A stretch of 64,000 nt of DNA from a virus. The position numbers and the translations under genes were made by a program. The stretch is from positions 1-64,000 of IMG/VR virus record IMGVR_UViG_3300033153_002115; one strand, 5' to 3'. The notes beneath the pieces were generated by a model that was given only the letters and a program-made list of their open reading frames with translations, did no database searches and was not told where the DNA came from. Positions 20,283 through 30,301 of this stretch are shown here, piece after piece. Every line of letters begins with the position of its first letter. The stretch's first letter is position 1.

Positions 20283-20878
20283 TGGATATAATAGACGAAA
20301 AAATAGACTTTATACTAGCTAAAGAAGATTACATAAACACTAGTTTGATGACATCTTCTATGACAAAACAAAGTCTTTACGGTAAGGTTAATACTAAAAT
20401 AAGTATAGAAATTACTAAACTTATATTTCTTTTACAAAGTAAGAGTTGGTACGGTGATAACCTAAAATTAGAGTTATATAAAAAACTTGTAGATATGACA
20501 AGAAAAAGAGGTCTTATATTTAAGATTCCTGAAACAGAACTAACTTACCAAGAAACTGTATATTATGGTATAGCTCTTCCAGGTTTAGCTGAAGGGGATA
20601 TTACTACAGAATTGGGATCCGCTTCTTCTGATAAACAAGACAATACTTACGCATACACTACACACCCTACTACCCCAACTAAAGTATATTACTATGCTTA
20701 TCCAATAGAGTGGGGGCATCTTTCTAAAATATATGATGATAACGGGTTCAATACTTTAAACGGGTATCTTGAAAGAGAAGTTCTAGTTAATATAGGTGGT
20801 ATTAATAAGTCTTACTATTTAAGGGAGTTTACCGAGATAAGCTCAGTAACAGATTTCGATGTAACTTATGTATTCTAA
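20282..20878 (+). CDS. structural protein, fibre-associated
   Basis: Helical N-half and beta C-half (YYYAYPIEWGHL). Confidence 0.55.
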   Translation: MDIIDEKIDFILAKEDYINTSLMTSSMTKQSLYGKVNTKISIEITKLIFLLQSKSWYGDNLKLELYKKLVDMTRKRGLIFKIPETELTYQETVYYGIALPGLAEGDITTELGSASSDKQDNTYAYTTHPTTPTKVYYYAYPIEWGHLSKIYDDNGFNTLNGYLEREVLVNIGGINKSYYLREFTEISSVTDFDVTYVF

Positions 20879-20880
20879 TT

Positions 20881-23250
20881 ATGGCAACTCAAGGACATAT
20901 TCCTATAAGTTCGAATTTCGATAGAAGATCACCAATTCCTATGGATCCATCTTTGTACAGAGATGATGTAGCCGACAGGAATGCTATTCCAGTTTATCAA
21001 CGTTATCCTAATATGGTAATATTTATACTAAACAGTATAGTTAAATATCAGCTTGTATTAGGTACTGTAGATATGGATCTCATGAATGATAATAACTGGG
21101 TTGAGATTTTCGATAACATAAACCCTTCTGATTACTATACTAAACTAGAATTAGATGGGGGGCAACTGGATAATAGATATTATACAGAAACAGAAGTAGA
21201 CAGTTTATTAGATAATATAGATAGTTTTAAAATTCTATCTAATTCAGGTAATTCTTACGCTTCATTTGAACCTGATGGTACGAATGAATATATGGATGTT
21301 GTCGCTAACAATCTAACTGTAGCACAGTTTGGCGGATCAGGACATAGTAAATTAATATTAGACCCTAGCGGAATTTTTGGAAATACTACGGGTTTATGGT
21401 TTAGTAATAATGATATAGGGTTTTACAGAAGTGCAGCAAATTTTATATACGTTGTTGTCGGAGGATTAGAGCGTTGGGAATTTCGTACAGATAGATTTGA
21501 ATCTACTCAGTCTACTGGCCCTAGATTAAGTCTTTCAGGAGGAACCGCAACAGTACCTACTATAATACCAAAGAGTAACGATACAAATACTGGTATAGGT
21601 TCTGGGAATTCTGATACGCTTTCTCTTATTGCAGGAGGTATAGAAGGAATTAGAGTTAATAATCTTACTGCTCACTCTGTAGCAGGGATGACTAACTACG
21701 AAACATTAGTTATAGATGATGACGATATTCCAAATAAGAAATGGGTAGATGATAGATTTACTGCTTTTCTTCCTTATCAGCTATACCAACCTGATGGAAC
21801 CAACCCGTTTGTTTATACAGATAATGGTGGAAATCTACATGTAGACGGCCCTATTATTCAGTCAGGTCTTAATTACGAAATACATACAGAACAAGTATTT
21901 AGTGCATTAGATCTTATCATAACCAGAGATGGTGCTGTAGCTGGATTAGGTGCTGGGGAGTATACTGGTATTCAAGCCAGTTTATATGATGGCGCTAACG
22001 ACGGTCAATTGGTATTTGATAATGCCGGTGTAGCCCGCGTAGGTGATGTTGGAAGTTTACAACCTATTGCTACCAGAGAAGAGGCGCCTACTAATGGATA
22101 CTTTGCTAAATGGGTATCTGTTAATACCCGGTTTGAAACGGTTCAATTAGCTGTTAGTGATATATCAGATTTTGCTAATACTTTAGCAGGAACTAATAAT
22201 ACTGTAAGTTTTACTCCTACTGCAGATTACCATGTTTCACCTAAAAAATACGTAGATGATGCAATCAGTTCCTCAAGTTATTATACAACAGTTGGGTCTG
22301 GTGGTGATTATGCTACCGTACAATTAGCTCTTGCAGCAGGTAAATATGATTTAAAACTTATATCCGCTGTAACAGAAACTGTTAATTGGGGTGCTCATAC
22401 TAAAGATATTAATCTTTATGCAGAAGAACTAACAATTCTTAATGTTAGTGTTGCTAACACTTCAGATCTTATTATTAGGGCTACTAATATTAGTTTCAAT
22501 GTAAGCGGTACAAATTTAATATTTACTGGAACCTCTGAAATGTATTTTAAGTCTTGTGAAGTATTAGGAGATACTGCTTTTAATGATTTTAGAGGACATA
22601 TAAGTGGAGAAGATTTATACTTACAAATAGGATCTAATGGATTTAGAATTGATTTATATAATATTATAGGTTTAAATATTAATGGATTAGAATCTTCTGG
22701 GGGTGAAGCAATAGCTATAAGAATATTTGGTTCAGTTACTGCTGTAACTATGACAGGGCCTTTTGAATTGGGTATAGATTTGTTAGATGGTGTAATGCGT
22801 GATGTTGTAGGGGATAATCAATCTGGTATTAGGATAAGAGGAACAGTAGGAAGTTCTATTTATAATGCCAAAGGTATTCGTATATATATTAGAAATGATA
22901 CTTTATCTACTTTGGTAGATTGTGAGTTATGGCAATTACATACATATTCATTATCTTATGAAGCATTCAAGTTAGTAGATAACTGTATTATAGACGAAAT
23001 TCTAGCACCTTATGGTGGAGGTAATATTAATACTCTTTACGGTTTTAAAAATATAATAAATAGTACGTTTACTTTTGGTGATATTCATGTACTAGATGAT
23101 GAATTAACTTTGCAGAATTGTAAAGTAACAAATGGAACTATAGTAGTAGATGCAACAGCAGACAAAACCACTATTATAGGAGGTAGAACTGTATCATCTA
23201 TAACAGATAACGGTACAAACACAATACTTCTTGCTAATCAATTATTATAG
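20881..23250 (+). CDS. tail fibre/spike with C-terminal beta-helix
   Basis: YYTKLELD/YYTETEVD and NKKWVDD/PKKYVDD fibre motifs; TVGSGGDYATVQLAL opens a pectin-lyase-like region. Confidence 0.7.
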   Translation: MATQGHIPISSNFDRRSPIPMDPSLYRDDVADRNAIPVYQRYPNMVIFILNSIVKYQLVLGTVDMDLMNDNNWVEIFDNINPSDYYTKLELDGGQLDNRYYTETEVDSLLDNIDSFKILSNSGNSYASFEPDGTNEYMDVVANNLTVAQFGGSGHSKLILDPSGIFGNTTGLWFSNNDIGFYRSAANFIYVVVGGLERWEFRTDRFESTQSTGPRLSLSGGTATVPTIIPKSNDTNTGIGSGNSDTLSLIAGGIEGIRVNNLTAHSVAGMTNYETLVIDDDDIPNKKWVDDRFTAFLPYQLYQPDGTNPFVYTDNGGNLHVDGPIIQSGLNYEIHTEQVFSALDLIITRDGAVAGLGAGEYTGIQASLYDGANDGQLVFDNAGVARVGDVGSLQPIATREEAPTNGYFAKWVSVNTRFETVQLAVSDISDFANTLAGTNNTVSFTPTADYHVSPKKYVDDAISSSSYYTTVGSGGDYATVQLALAAGKYDLKLISAVTETVNWGAHTKDINLYAEELTILNVSVANTSDLIIRATNISFNVSGTNLIFTGTSEMYFKSCEVLGDTAFNDFRGHISGEDLYLQIGSNGFRIDLYNIIGLNINGLESSGGEAIAIRIFGSVTAVTMTGPFELGIDLLDGVMRDVVGDNQSGIRIRGTVGSSIYNAKGIRIYIRNDTLSTLVDCELWQLHTYSLSYEAFKLVDNCIIDEILAPYGGGNINTLYGFKNIINSTFTFGDIHVLDDELTLQNCKVTNGTIVVDATADKTTIIGGRTVSSITDNGTNTILLANQLL

Positions 23251-23253
23251 AAC

Positions 23254-25128
23254 ATGGCTGAAATTAATAAAATACAAGGTCCTTTATACTTTCTGGATCC
23301 TGCTGTGTATATCGAGCAAGATGTCGGAGGTAATCTGGCTTTTACAGACGGAATTTCCGGTACTAAAACATTAGCAGATTTATTAAGTATATCTGGATTA
23401 TGGAGTCCTAATGGTGATGATATATATTACAGTGGAGGTAACGTTGGTATCGGTACAGATAGTCCTATTGACCTTACATCAGCATATATAACTTTAACTG
23501 TTGAAGGTCCTACCGGAGGTATTCTTCAAGCCATAAATCCAAGTGCAGTAAAGATAGGTGAATTATCTATAGATTATGTAGGTTCTAGAACTAACAACAA
23601 TTTCAATATTGTAGCTTACATGAGTACGATAGCTACATTCCAACCTAATGGAAATGTAGGAATTGGGACTGTTATTCCACAATCTAGATTAACGTTAAAA
23701 GGGGTTAGTATAGATTCAAACGCTTTTAGGTATAATGGAAGTACTTCAGATAATAGAGGGTTTGAAATAGGTTTTCTTGGAACAGACGATCTTCATATAA
23801 ACTTTAGTCGTAGATATTCTGATGTACCTTACTCTTTTATGTCTATAGACAGAAGTAACGGGTTCGTAGGACTAGGTAAAACAGCTCCAACAGAATTACT
23901 TCATTTATATAGCGCAACCGGCTCAACAGATATAGGACTTGAGGGAGGCGCAACTTCTGGACAAGGTTGGAGAATTAGAAATGACCAAGCTGCTAATAGA
24001 TTCGCAATTTCATCCGTAATTAGTAGTTTTGGTACTTTTACTGAAAGATTTTCAATATTGGCAGATGGTAATATAGGTATTGGAATTGCTAGTCCTGTAA
24101 AATTACTTCACGTTAGAGAGAACAGTTTAAGTTATAACGACACAGGAGCATACGCAAGATTTGAGAATACACTTGCACAACGTGGTATAGAATTGGGACA
24201 AACTAATGGTTTTCCTTATATTCAAGGGTATTATGATAATAAAACACAAACAAGAGATTTATTATTGCAACCAGAAGGGGGAAACGTTGGAATTGGAACT
24301 ACTAATCCTCAAGCACAAATGCACATTAGTTCTTCAGCTCCTACGTTAAGGTTATCAAATACAACTTTAAATCAAACTAACTCCGGGACTATTGAGTTTA
24401 GTGAAGTACCTAGTGACGTTAATGAACCTAGAGCAAAGATTTATTATGACGGTAACTCTAATATATTTCATATAGCTACAGGTAGCGGATCGCCTACTAA
24501 TAGAATAAGTATACCAAGAGATACAGGGAATGTAGGAATAGGAGGGGCTGCTCACGCTAGTTATCGTTTAGATGTAGAAGGTATTGCAGGAGGGCTTAAA
24601 GTCTATAATAGTTCGTCTACTACAAATAGTGCTAGTATAGAAGGGGTTCAAACTAGTGACTCGTATAATGTCTTGCAAGTATATTCAACTGGAAATAAGA
24701 GGTTTAGTGTAGGAGGTGCTGGTTTAATAACAGCTCCTGGTATCTATTCAAGAGTGGAAACTTCACGATCAGTGTATGTAGATTCAACAGGACAATTAGG
24801 TACTACTTCATCTTCCCGTAGATATAAAGAGAATATAAAAACATCTGCATTAAGTGATAATTATTGGAAATTAAGACCTGTTACATTTGATTTTAAAGAA
24901 GGTAAAGGAGATAACCAACATGGGTTTATTGCAGAAGATGTTGAAAAGTTATATCCTGAATACTGTGATTATTTAGGTGGAAAAGTAGATGCGGTATTAT
25001 ATCAACACTTTACTACTATCAACACTCTCGCTATACACGGGTTAAAGAAAACTATAGATATACAACAAAAAGAAATTAACAGTCTAAGATCAGAATTAGA
25101 GTTAATCAAAAAGCACTTAAATATATAA
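23254..25128 (+). CDS. tail fibre with C-terminal intramolecular chaperone (peptidase S74)
   Basis: GNVGIGT repeats; SSRRYKENI, LRPVTF, GFIAEDV; terminal coiled coil. Confidence 0.88.
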   Translation: MAEINKIQGPLYFLDPAVYIEQDVGGNLAFTDGISGTKTLADLLSISGLWSPNGDDIYYSGGNVGIGTDSPIDLTSAYITLTVEGPTGGILQAINPSAVKIGELSIDYVGSRTNNNFNIVAYMSTIATFQPNGNVGIGTVIPQSRLTLKGVSIDSNAFRYNGSTSDNRGFEIGFLGTDDLHINFSRRYSDVPYSFMSIDRSNGFVGLGKTAPTELLHLYSATGSTDIGLEGGATSGQGWRIRNDQAANRFAISSVISSFGTFTERFSILADGNIGIGIASPVKLLHVRENSLSYNDTGAYARFENTLAQRGIELGQTNGFPYIQGYYDNKTQTRDLLLQPEGGNVGIGTTNPQAQMHISSSAPTLRLSNTTLNQTNSGTIEFSEVPSDVNEPRAKIYYDGNSNIFHIATGSGSPTNRISIPRDTGNVGIGGAAHASYRLDVEGIAGGLKVYNSSSTTNSASIEGVQTSDSYNVLQVYSTGNKRFSVGGAGLITAPGIYSRVETSRSVYVDSTGQLGTTSSSRRYKENIKTSALSDNYWKLRPVTFDFKEGKGDNQHGFIAEDVEKLYPEYCDYLGGKVDAVLYQHFTTINTLAIHGLKKTIDIQQKEINSLRSELELIKKHLNI

Positions 25129-25129
25129 G

Positions 25130-27157
25130 ATGTCTGAAAGAACTAAAATACAAGGCCCGATACAATTTTTGGATAGTGCTGTTTATATAGAGCAGGATGG
25201 TTCTGGTAATTTAGCTTTTACAGACGGTATAAGTGGAACTAAGACTTTAGCCGAGTTAATTGCTGCTGGAGCTAGTTATTGGACACAAGTAGGCTCAGAC
25301 ATATTTTACATTGCAGGGGATGTAATTCTAAGGGAAGATGATGATGGCAATGACGCTGTTAAACTATGGGCTACAGATACAAATGGTGGGATATCTATTA
25401 AAGATGGTGGTGTCACTGTAATAAATCTTAATGGTAACGGTATTACTTATTTTAATGGTGGAGATGTTGGAATAGGGATTTCTGCTCCCACTGCAAAATT
25501 ACATCTTAGTGATTCAACTGGTTTACAACTTAGGTTGGATGCTGGTAGTGCTACTAATCATTGGAGTTTAGGAAGAGATCAAGCTACAGGAAATTTTCAT
25601 ATTGATGATGATTCATTAGGTACTGTATTTACAATTGATCAAGTTACAGGAAAAATGGGTATAGGTGAAACTTCCCCCTCACAAAGATTAGAAATAGTAC
25701 AGTTAGATAATACTGTTCAAGGAGGTCTTGCTGTTAGAGATGCAGTTACTACTGCTAGAATATTTATATGGGTAGATAGTAATGGAATAAGAAGAATTGA
25801 TGCTGCTTCGACTGGAGGTTCAGATTTAGCTATAAATGGAGAAGGTACTGGGTTTGTAGGGATAGGTACTATTACTCCAGGTGTAGCATTAGATGTTATA
25901 GGAACAGTTTCAGGAACAACACTTAAATCAACGGGACAAACTAATTCAATATTTGGTGCACCTGCAACTAATAATAAAGCAAAATTAGAATTAAATGTAT
26001 CAAACGCAGGTAGTGCACAAATCGGATTTAGTGATTATGGTGATATGTCTTGGGCAATTGGTGGAGATGATGCTGATAATTCATTTAAAATACATGGTAC
26101 TGCATCAAGTACAATACCAACAATTAATGGTCTAGCTACCCCCTGGTTTGAGATTACAACAGCAGGTGCAGTAATTATACAAAAAACACTTACATCTGCA
26201 CTAGCGACAGGTACTGCACCTTTTGTAGTAGCAAGTACAACTAAAGTAACGAATTTAAATGCTGATACAGTAGATGGTGTTAGTTCAGGAAGTTTTGTAA
26301 GAAGTGATACTACTGATTCTATTAGCGGTGCATTAACACATACATCTAATTACTATCGTTTCAATGATAACATAGAGTTGTATTTCGGTACATCTACATC
26401 ACAATCAACTATATATTCTGATGGAACCAATACCAGATGGAAATTATTATCTGGTGATTTTTTTATGATGGATAATGGAACTAATAGACTTCGTTATTAT
26501 AGAGCATCGGGTGATTTTTACATATACCTTGGTAAAATTAGAAGAGCTGTTACTGAAACAGGTTATTTAGTAGGTAGCTATAATGTATCATCTACACAGG
26601 CAGCTACAGGTCCTATTTATGTAATGGGTACTAGTTATTATCCTGCATCTACTACTCTTGGAAATATGTACGGGATTGGGTATGGGCATGGAAATGCAAC
26701 ATTTCTTAATTCTACCGATTTAGGCTCAACTCCAGGTAGTTGGGGTATGTATGTTGCTGCAGACGGTAATGCCCGTATATTTTTAGAAGGAACAAGTGGC
26801 AGTGGAAGATTTAAAGGTATAGTGTACGCAGCAGATCACGCTTTAAACTCAGATCTACGGTTAAAAGAAAATGTTGTACCTTTAGGGGGAAGTATTGACG
26901 AACTAATCCCGGTTAGTTATAATTTAATATCTCAACCAGGGAATACACAGTATGGCTTCATTGCTCAAGATATGTTAGAGACACATTCTGAATTAGTAAT
27001 GGGAACCGGAAAAGAGGATGAAAATGGTAGTATTGATTATTATTCTATTAAACAGAATAGTATCATCGCTTTATTAGTTAAAGAAGTACAGAAGTTAAAG
27101 AAAGAAAACGTAAATTTGGAATCTAGATTAACACGAATTGAAAAATTATTATTATAA
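25130..27157 (+). CDS. tail fibre with C-terminal intramolecular chaperone (peptidase S74)
   Basis: GxVGIG repeats; SDLRLKENV, YGFIAQDM; terminal coiled coil. Confidence 0.88.
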   Translation: MSERTKIQGPIQFLDSAVYIEQDGSGNLAFTDGISGTKTLAELIAAGASYWTQVGSDIFYIAGDVILREDDDGNDAVKLWATDTNGGISIKDGGVTVINLNGNGITYFNGGDVGIGISAPTAKLHLSDSTGLQLRLDAGSATNHWSLGRDQATGNFHIDDDSLGTVFTIDQVTGKMGIGETSPSQRLEIVQLDNTVQGGLAVRDAVTTARIFIWVDSNGIRRIDAASTGGSDLAINGEGTGFVGIGTITPGVALDVIGTVSGTTLKSTGQTNSIFGAPATNNKAKLELNVSNAGSAQIGFSDYGDMSWAIGGDDADNSFKIHGTASSTIPTINGLATPWFEITTAGAVIIQKTLTSALATGTAPFVVASTTKVTNLNADTVDGVSSGSFVRSDTTDSISGALTHTSNYYRFNDNIELYFGTSTSQSTIYSDGTNTRWKLLSGDFFMMDNGTNRLRYYRASGDFYIYLGKIRRAVTETGYLVGSYNVSSTQAATGPIYVMGTSYYPASTTLGNMYGIGYGHGNATFLNSTDLGSTPGSWGMYVAADGNARIFLEGTSGSGRFKGIVYAADHALNSDLRLKENVVPLGGSIDELIPVSYNLISQPGNTQYGFIAQDMLETHSELVMGTGKEDENGSIDYYSIKQNSIIALLVKEVQKLKKENVNLESRLTRIEKLLL

Positions 27158-27573
27158 TGGCATTAGGAAGTCTACCGTCATTGACAGAAATTAATACTGA
27201 ACTTAGTATAACAGGGCAAAGTTTAGAAGATTGTATTATTTGGATATTTAAATCAGGGATATGGGATAGACAAAGTGATTTTGCAGGGTATTCAGCACAA
27301 AGTATAGTTGCTAGTCCTAATTTACATGATTTAAATTCTCTTTCTTATATTAAAAGGACTAGTACAATTACATCTTCAAGTGCTTGGGAAACCAGCCCAA
27401 TTATACCAAGTTGGATTACTGTAACAAACGGTTCTGGTGTATCAGGTGCTTCTATACTGTTTAATGTTGATGCAAATTCAGGGCCACCTAGAAGTGGAAA
27501 TATAATAGTACGACTAGTGTCAGATAATAGCGTTACTGATACAATCGGAGTTCAACAAGATGGTGCATTTTAA
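27157..27573 (+). CDS. BACON-domain protein
   Basis: SSSAW...SWITV...GSG...FNVDAN...RSGNI...V.Q, the BACON consensus pattern. Confidence 0.75.
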   Translation: MALGSLPSLTEINTELSITGQSLEDCIIWIFKSGIWDRQSDFAGYSAQSIVASPNLHDLNSLSYIKRTSTITSSSAWETSPIIPSWITVTNGSGVSGASILFNVDANSGPPRSGNIIVRLVSDNSVTDTIGVQQDGAF

Positions 27574-27591
27574 TTTTAAAACTATATTACT

Positions 27592-27948
27592 ATGTTAGTA
27601 TTTATTTTATTACAACAATTACCTATAGAACCGGTACAAAGCCAATTAGAGAAGATCACTAATCCTGTATTAGCTTTATTAATTATGGTGCTATTTGCTG
27701 GGTTGATTTTTATGTATAGGTTTATGAATAAACAGATCGCTACAGAAAGAGATGCAAATACAGCTAAAGACGAATATATTAAAGAACAGAATACCTTGTT
27801 CCTTGATTATGCTTTAAAGAATGGGGAAGTTATGAAGAGTTTACAAATTGCTATCGAAGCTGACTCGTCTAATCACAGAACAATAGAAGACTTACTTAGA
27901 CAAAATAATACTTTTTTACAGACTATAATGAGAGAAACTAAAATTTAA
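27592..27948 (+). CDS. holin-like membrane protein
   Basis: Single TM helix plus coiled coil after the fibre genes. Confidence 0.45.
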   Translation: MLVFILLQQLPIEPVQSQLEKITNPVLALLIMVLFAGLIFMYRFMNKQIATERDANTAKDEYIKEQNTLFLDYALKNGEVMKSLQIAIEADSSNHRTIEDLLRQNNTFLQTIMRETKI

Positions 27949-27952
27949 AGTT

Positions 27953-28456
27953 ATGTTTAATATTTCAAGGAGTAAGGTAGACGTTTCTAAAAATGAACGT
28001 AGAAAGGCTTTGGATAGTTTGAAACTTAGTTTTAATAATGCAGATACTATACAAGAGGAATTAATCCTTAAGTTACAAACTAGAAAGCGCTATGCTTCGG
28101 ATACTGAAGGATGTAAATCTGTAGATTTTAGAAAGACAAGTAAAATCGAGTATGCGGATAAAGTCTTTATGCAGGATCTAAGTACTGATGAACAAGTACG
28201 TCTGGGTTTAAGTATATTTCATGTTAAAATTGATAAGACTACTTCTAGTCCTTTACATTTCCATGAAGAGCGTTCTCAATTACTTTTTATTGTAAAAGGA
28301 AGTATTTATGATGATGTAACTAAAATGCAGTTCGGCCCGGGTGAAAGTTACTTTATATCGAAAAGAAATAGACATTCTATTAAATACATAGAAGGTTCTG
28401 AATTATTATTTATTTACATGCCTAGTTTAAAAGTTATAGACGATGAACAAAAGTAA
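27953..28456 (+). CDS. cupin-domain protein
   Basis: PLHFHEERSQLLFIVKG and GPGESYFISKRNRHSI cupin motifs 1 and 2. Confidence 0.75.
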   Translation: MFNISRSKVDVSKNERRKALDSLKLSFNNADTIQEELILKLQTRKRYASDTEGCKSVDFRKTSKIEYADKVFMQDLSTDEQVRLGLSIFHVKIDKTTSSPLHFHEERSQLLFIVKGSIYDDVTKMQFGPGESYFISKRNRHSIKYIEGSELLFIYMPSLKVIDDEQK

Positions 28457-29099
28457 ACTTATTTACGAAGTACGAGAAGCTATAAGAGCGTACAGCAATG
28501 ATGCTAAAACTACGAATGAGTACATCTTACACGTTATTGATGTTACCAGGGCTAAATATATCAGACAACATCAAACACGTAATATAGGTGAAGATAAAGT
28601 AGGGTTTACACAAACTCTATTCTTAGATCTGGAACGTGTTGATAAATCGTATACTCCTATAGCTCCATACTTAATTAATGAAAACATACTTCGGACTGTA
28701 AAAGCTTTACCTCGTATTATTGGGAAAAGTATTTTAAAGAATATTGAAGTAAGGCCAATAGACCGTATTTCGACTGAGATTGAATTTATGGATAAAGCCC
28801 GAGCAATGTTTATTTCTGGAGCAGAACCTGGTTTTATATACTCTTTCTTGGATGATGATATGCACCTGTATTTTGTAGGAAAAGATAATCTACATGAGTT
28901 CTTACAAAGAGCCGCTGTTACAGCTATCTTAGAAGTACCTACAGATATTGTAGCTACAAACGAATTAACCGAAGAGTTGGAAGATTACCCTTTACCGGAA
29001 CATTTATGGTCTTTAATGAAACCTGAAGTACTAGAAGCAATGGGAAGAACATTGCAGATACCAATAGATGACAAAGACGATAATCAAACTGTACAATAA
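28443..29099 (+). CDS. tail ring protein
   Basis: Ring/tubular-like protein with DYPLP motif; position. Confidence 0.6.
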   Translation: MNKSKLIYEVREAIRAYSNDAKTTNEYILHVIDVTRAKYIRQHQTRNIGEDKVGFTQTLFLDLERVDKSYTPIAPYLINENILRTVKALPRIIGKSILKNIEVRPIDRISTEIEFMDKARAMFISGAEPGFIYSFLDDDMHLYFVGKDNLHEFLQRAAVTAILEVPTDIVATNELTEELEDYPLPEHLWSLMKPEVLEAMGRTLQIPIDDKDDNQTVQ

Positions 29100-29605
29100 T
29101 GACAAAGCGTAATAGATATAAAACACATAATACCATGCAAGTTGTTTACCGGGATTTCATTAAAGGAAGCCCTACAAATAAACTTACTGTGTCTAATCAA
29201 ACTTTGTATTCTCAAATATTGTATAATGTATTTCGTAAGATTGTAGAGTACATGCTGTTTAAATCTTATGAGTACAAAATGGATAAATTAGGAAAGTTTA
29301 GTATTATTAAGTACCTTCCTGAAATCAAAGAGACAGAAGATGGACGTATAATTACAAACAAAGTACTGGATATCCATTCAACTAAAGAAGCGATTAAAGA
29401 AACAGGTAATAATAAAATACGTGTATATTATGATAACGAGGCTACCGGTGGTTATATTTACCGTATGAACTGGGATAATAATCATTTTGCTTTTCCTAAT
29501 ATGACATTCTATAAGTTCTCTTTTAGTAGACCTTTAAGATCTTATATGAAAGACCGTATACTTGAAAACAAAGTAGTAGCTAAAATAGTAGACTTTAAAT
29601 TATAA
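29099..29605 (+). CDS. IHF/HU-like protein
   Basis: MDKLGKFSIIK...YKFSFSR pattern; conserved position before the tail tubular gene in crAss-like phages. Confidence 0.55.
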   Translation: MTKRNRYKTHNTMQVVYRDFIKGSPTNKLTVSNQTLYSQILYNVFRKIVEYMLFKSYEYKMDKLGKFSIIKYLPEIKETEDGRIITNKVLDIHSTKEAIKETGNNKIRVYYDNEATGGYIYRMNWDNNHFAFPNMTFYKFSFSRPLRSYMKDRILENKVVAKIVDFKL

Positions 29606-29608
29606 CTT

Positions 29609-30301
29609 ATGAAAACTATAAACGATATTATCTTCAGAGTATATAGAAACCCTATATTACAAAATGTTAGTAAAAGTGATATAGTTACTCATGTTAAAGA
29701 AGTTATGGGTCTACTTGATGTACCTGCAGCCATGGAAGAAAAACGGATTGTACTTAATGTATTAAATTATAGAGTTGTTGTACCTTCAGATTTACATATA
29801 ATCAAAGCTGTATCAGCACTCGACTTTAATAGTAGGGAAGTGCGTCTTCATCATTCAAGTGATGATAGAATTCTACATCAACATGAACGTAGGGATCCTC
29901 AACCTTCTACTGTAACTTATAAACATGTCCCGGGGTTTATTTATACAGATTTCGAATCAGGAGATATCGAAGTAATTTATACAGCTTTCTCTACAGACCC
30001 GGACGGTTTTCCTTTAATACCTGACGAGCCTTCATTAATGATTGCTATAGAAAATTATATTAAAGTACAACACTTCACGATACTTGCAGATATGGGTATG
30101 GTAACTGAACAAACACTACATAGAGCTGAAACACAATACGCGTGGTCTATAGGACAAGCATCTAATAAATTTACGATACCTACACCAGAAGAAGCAGAAA
30201 CTTTATTTAATGCTATCGCCAGGTTATTACCGGATAGGCAAGCTATCGATACTAATTTTAAATATAATGCTGTTCCTCAAAATTTAAGAAACCATGATTA
30301 A
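29609..30301 (+). CDS. tail tubular/ring protein
   Basis: DPDGFPLIPD...AIENYI motif; precedes the muzzle gene. Confidence 0.7.
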   Translation: MKTINDIIFRVYRNPILQNVSKSDIVTHVKEVMGLLDVPAAMEEKRIVLNVLNYRVVVPSDLHIIKAVSALDFNSREVRLHHSSDDRILHQHERRDPQPSTVTYKHVPGFIYTDFESGDIEVIYTAFSTDPDGFPLIPDEPSLMIAIENYIKVQHFTILADMGMVTEQTLHRAETQYAWSIGQASNKFTIPTPEEAETLFNAIARLLPDRQAIDTNFKYNAVPQNLRNHD

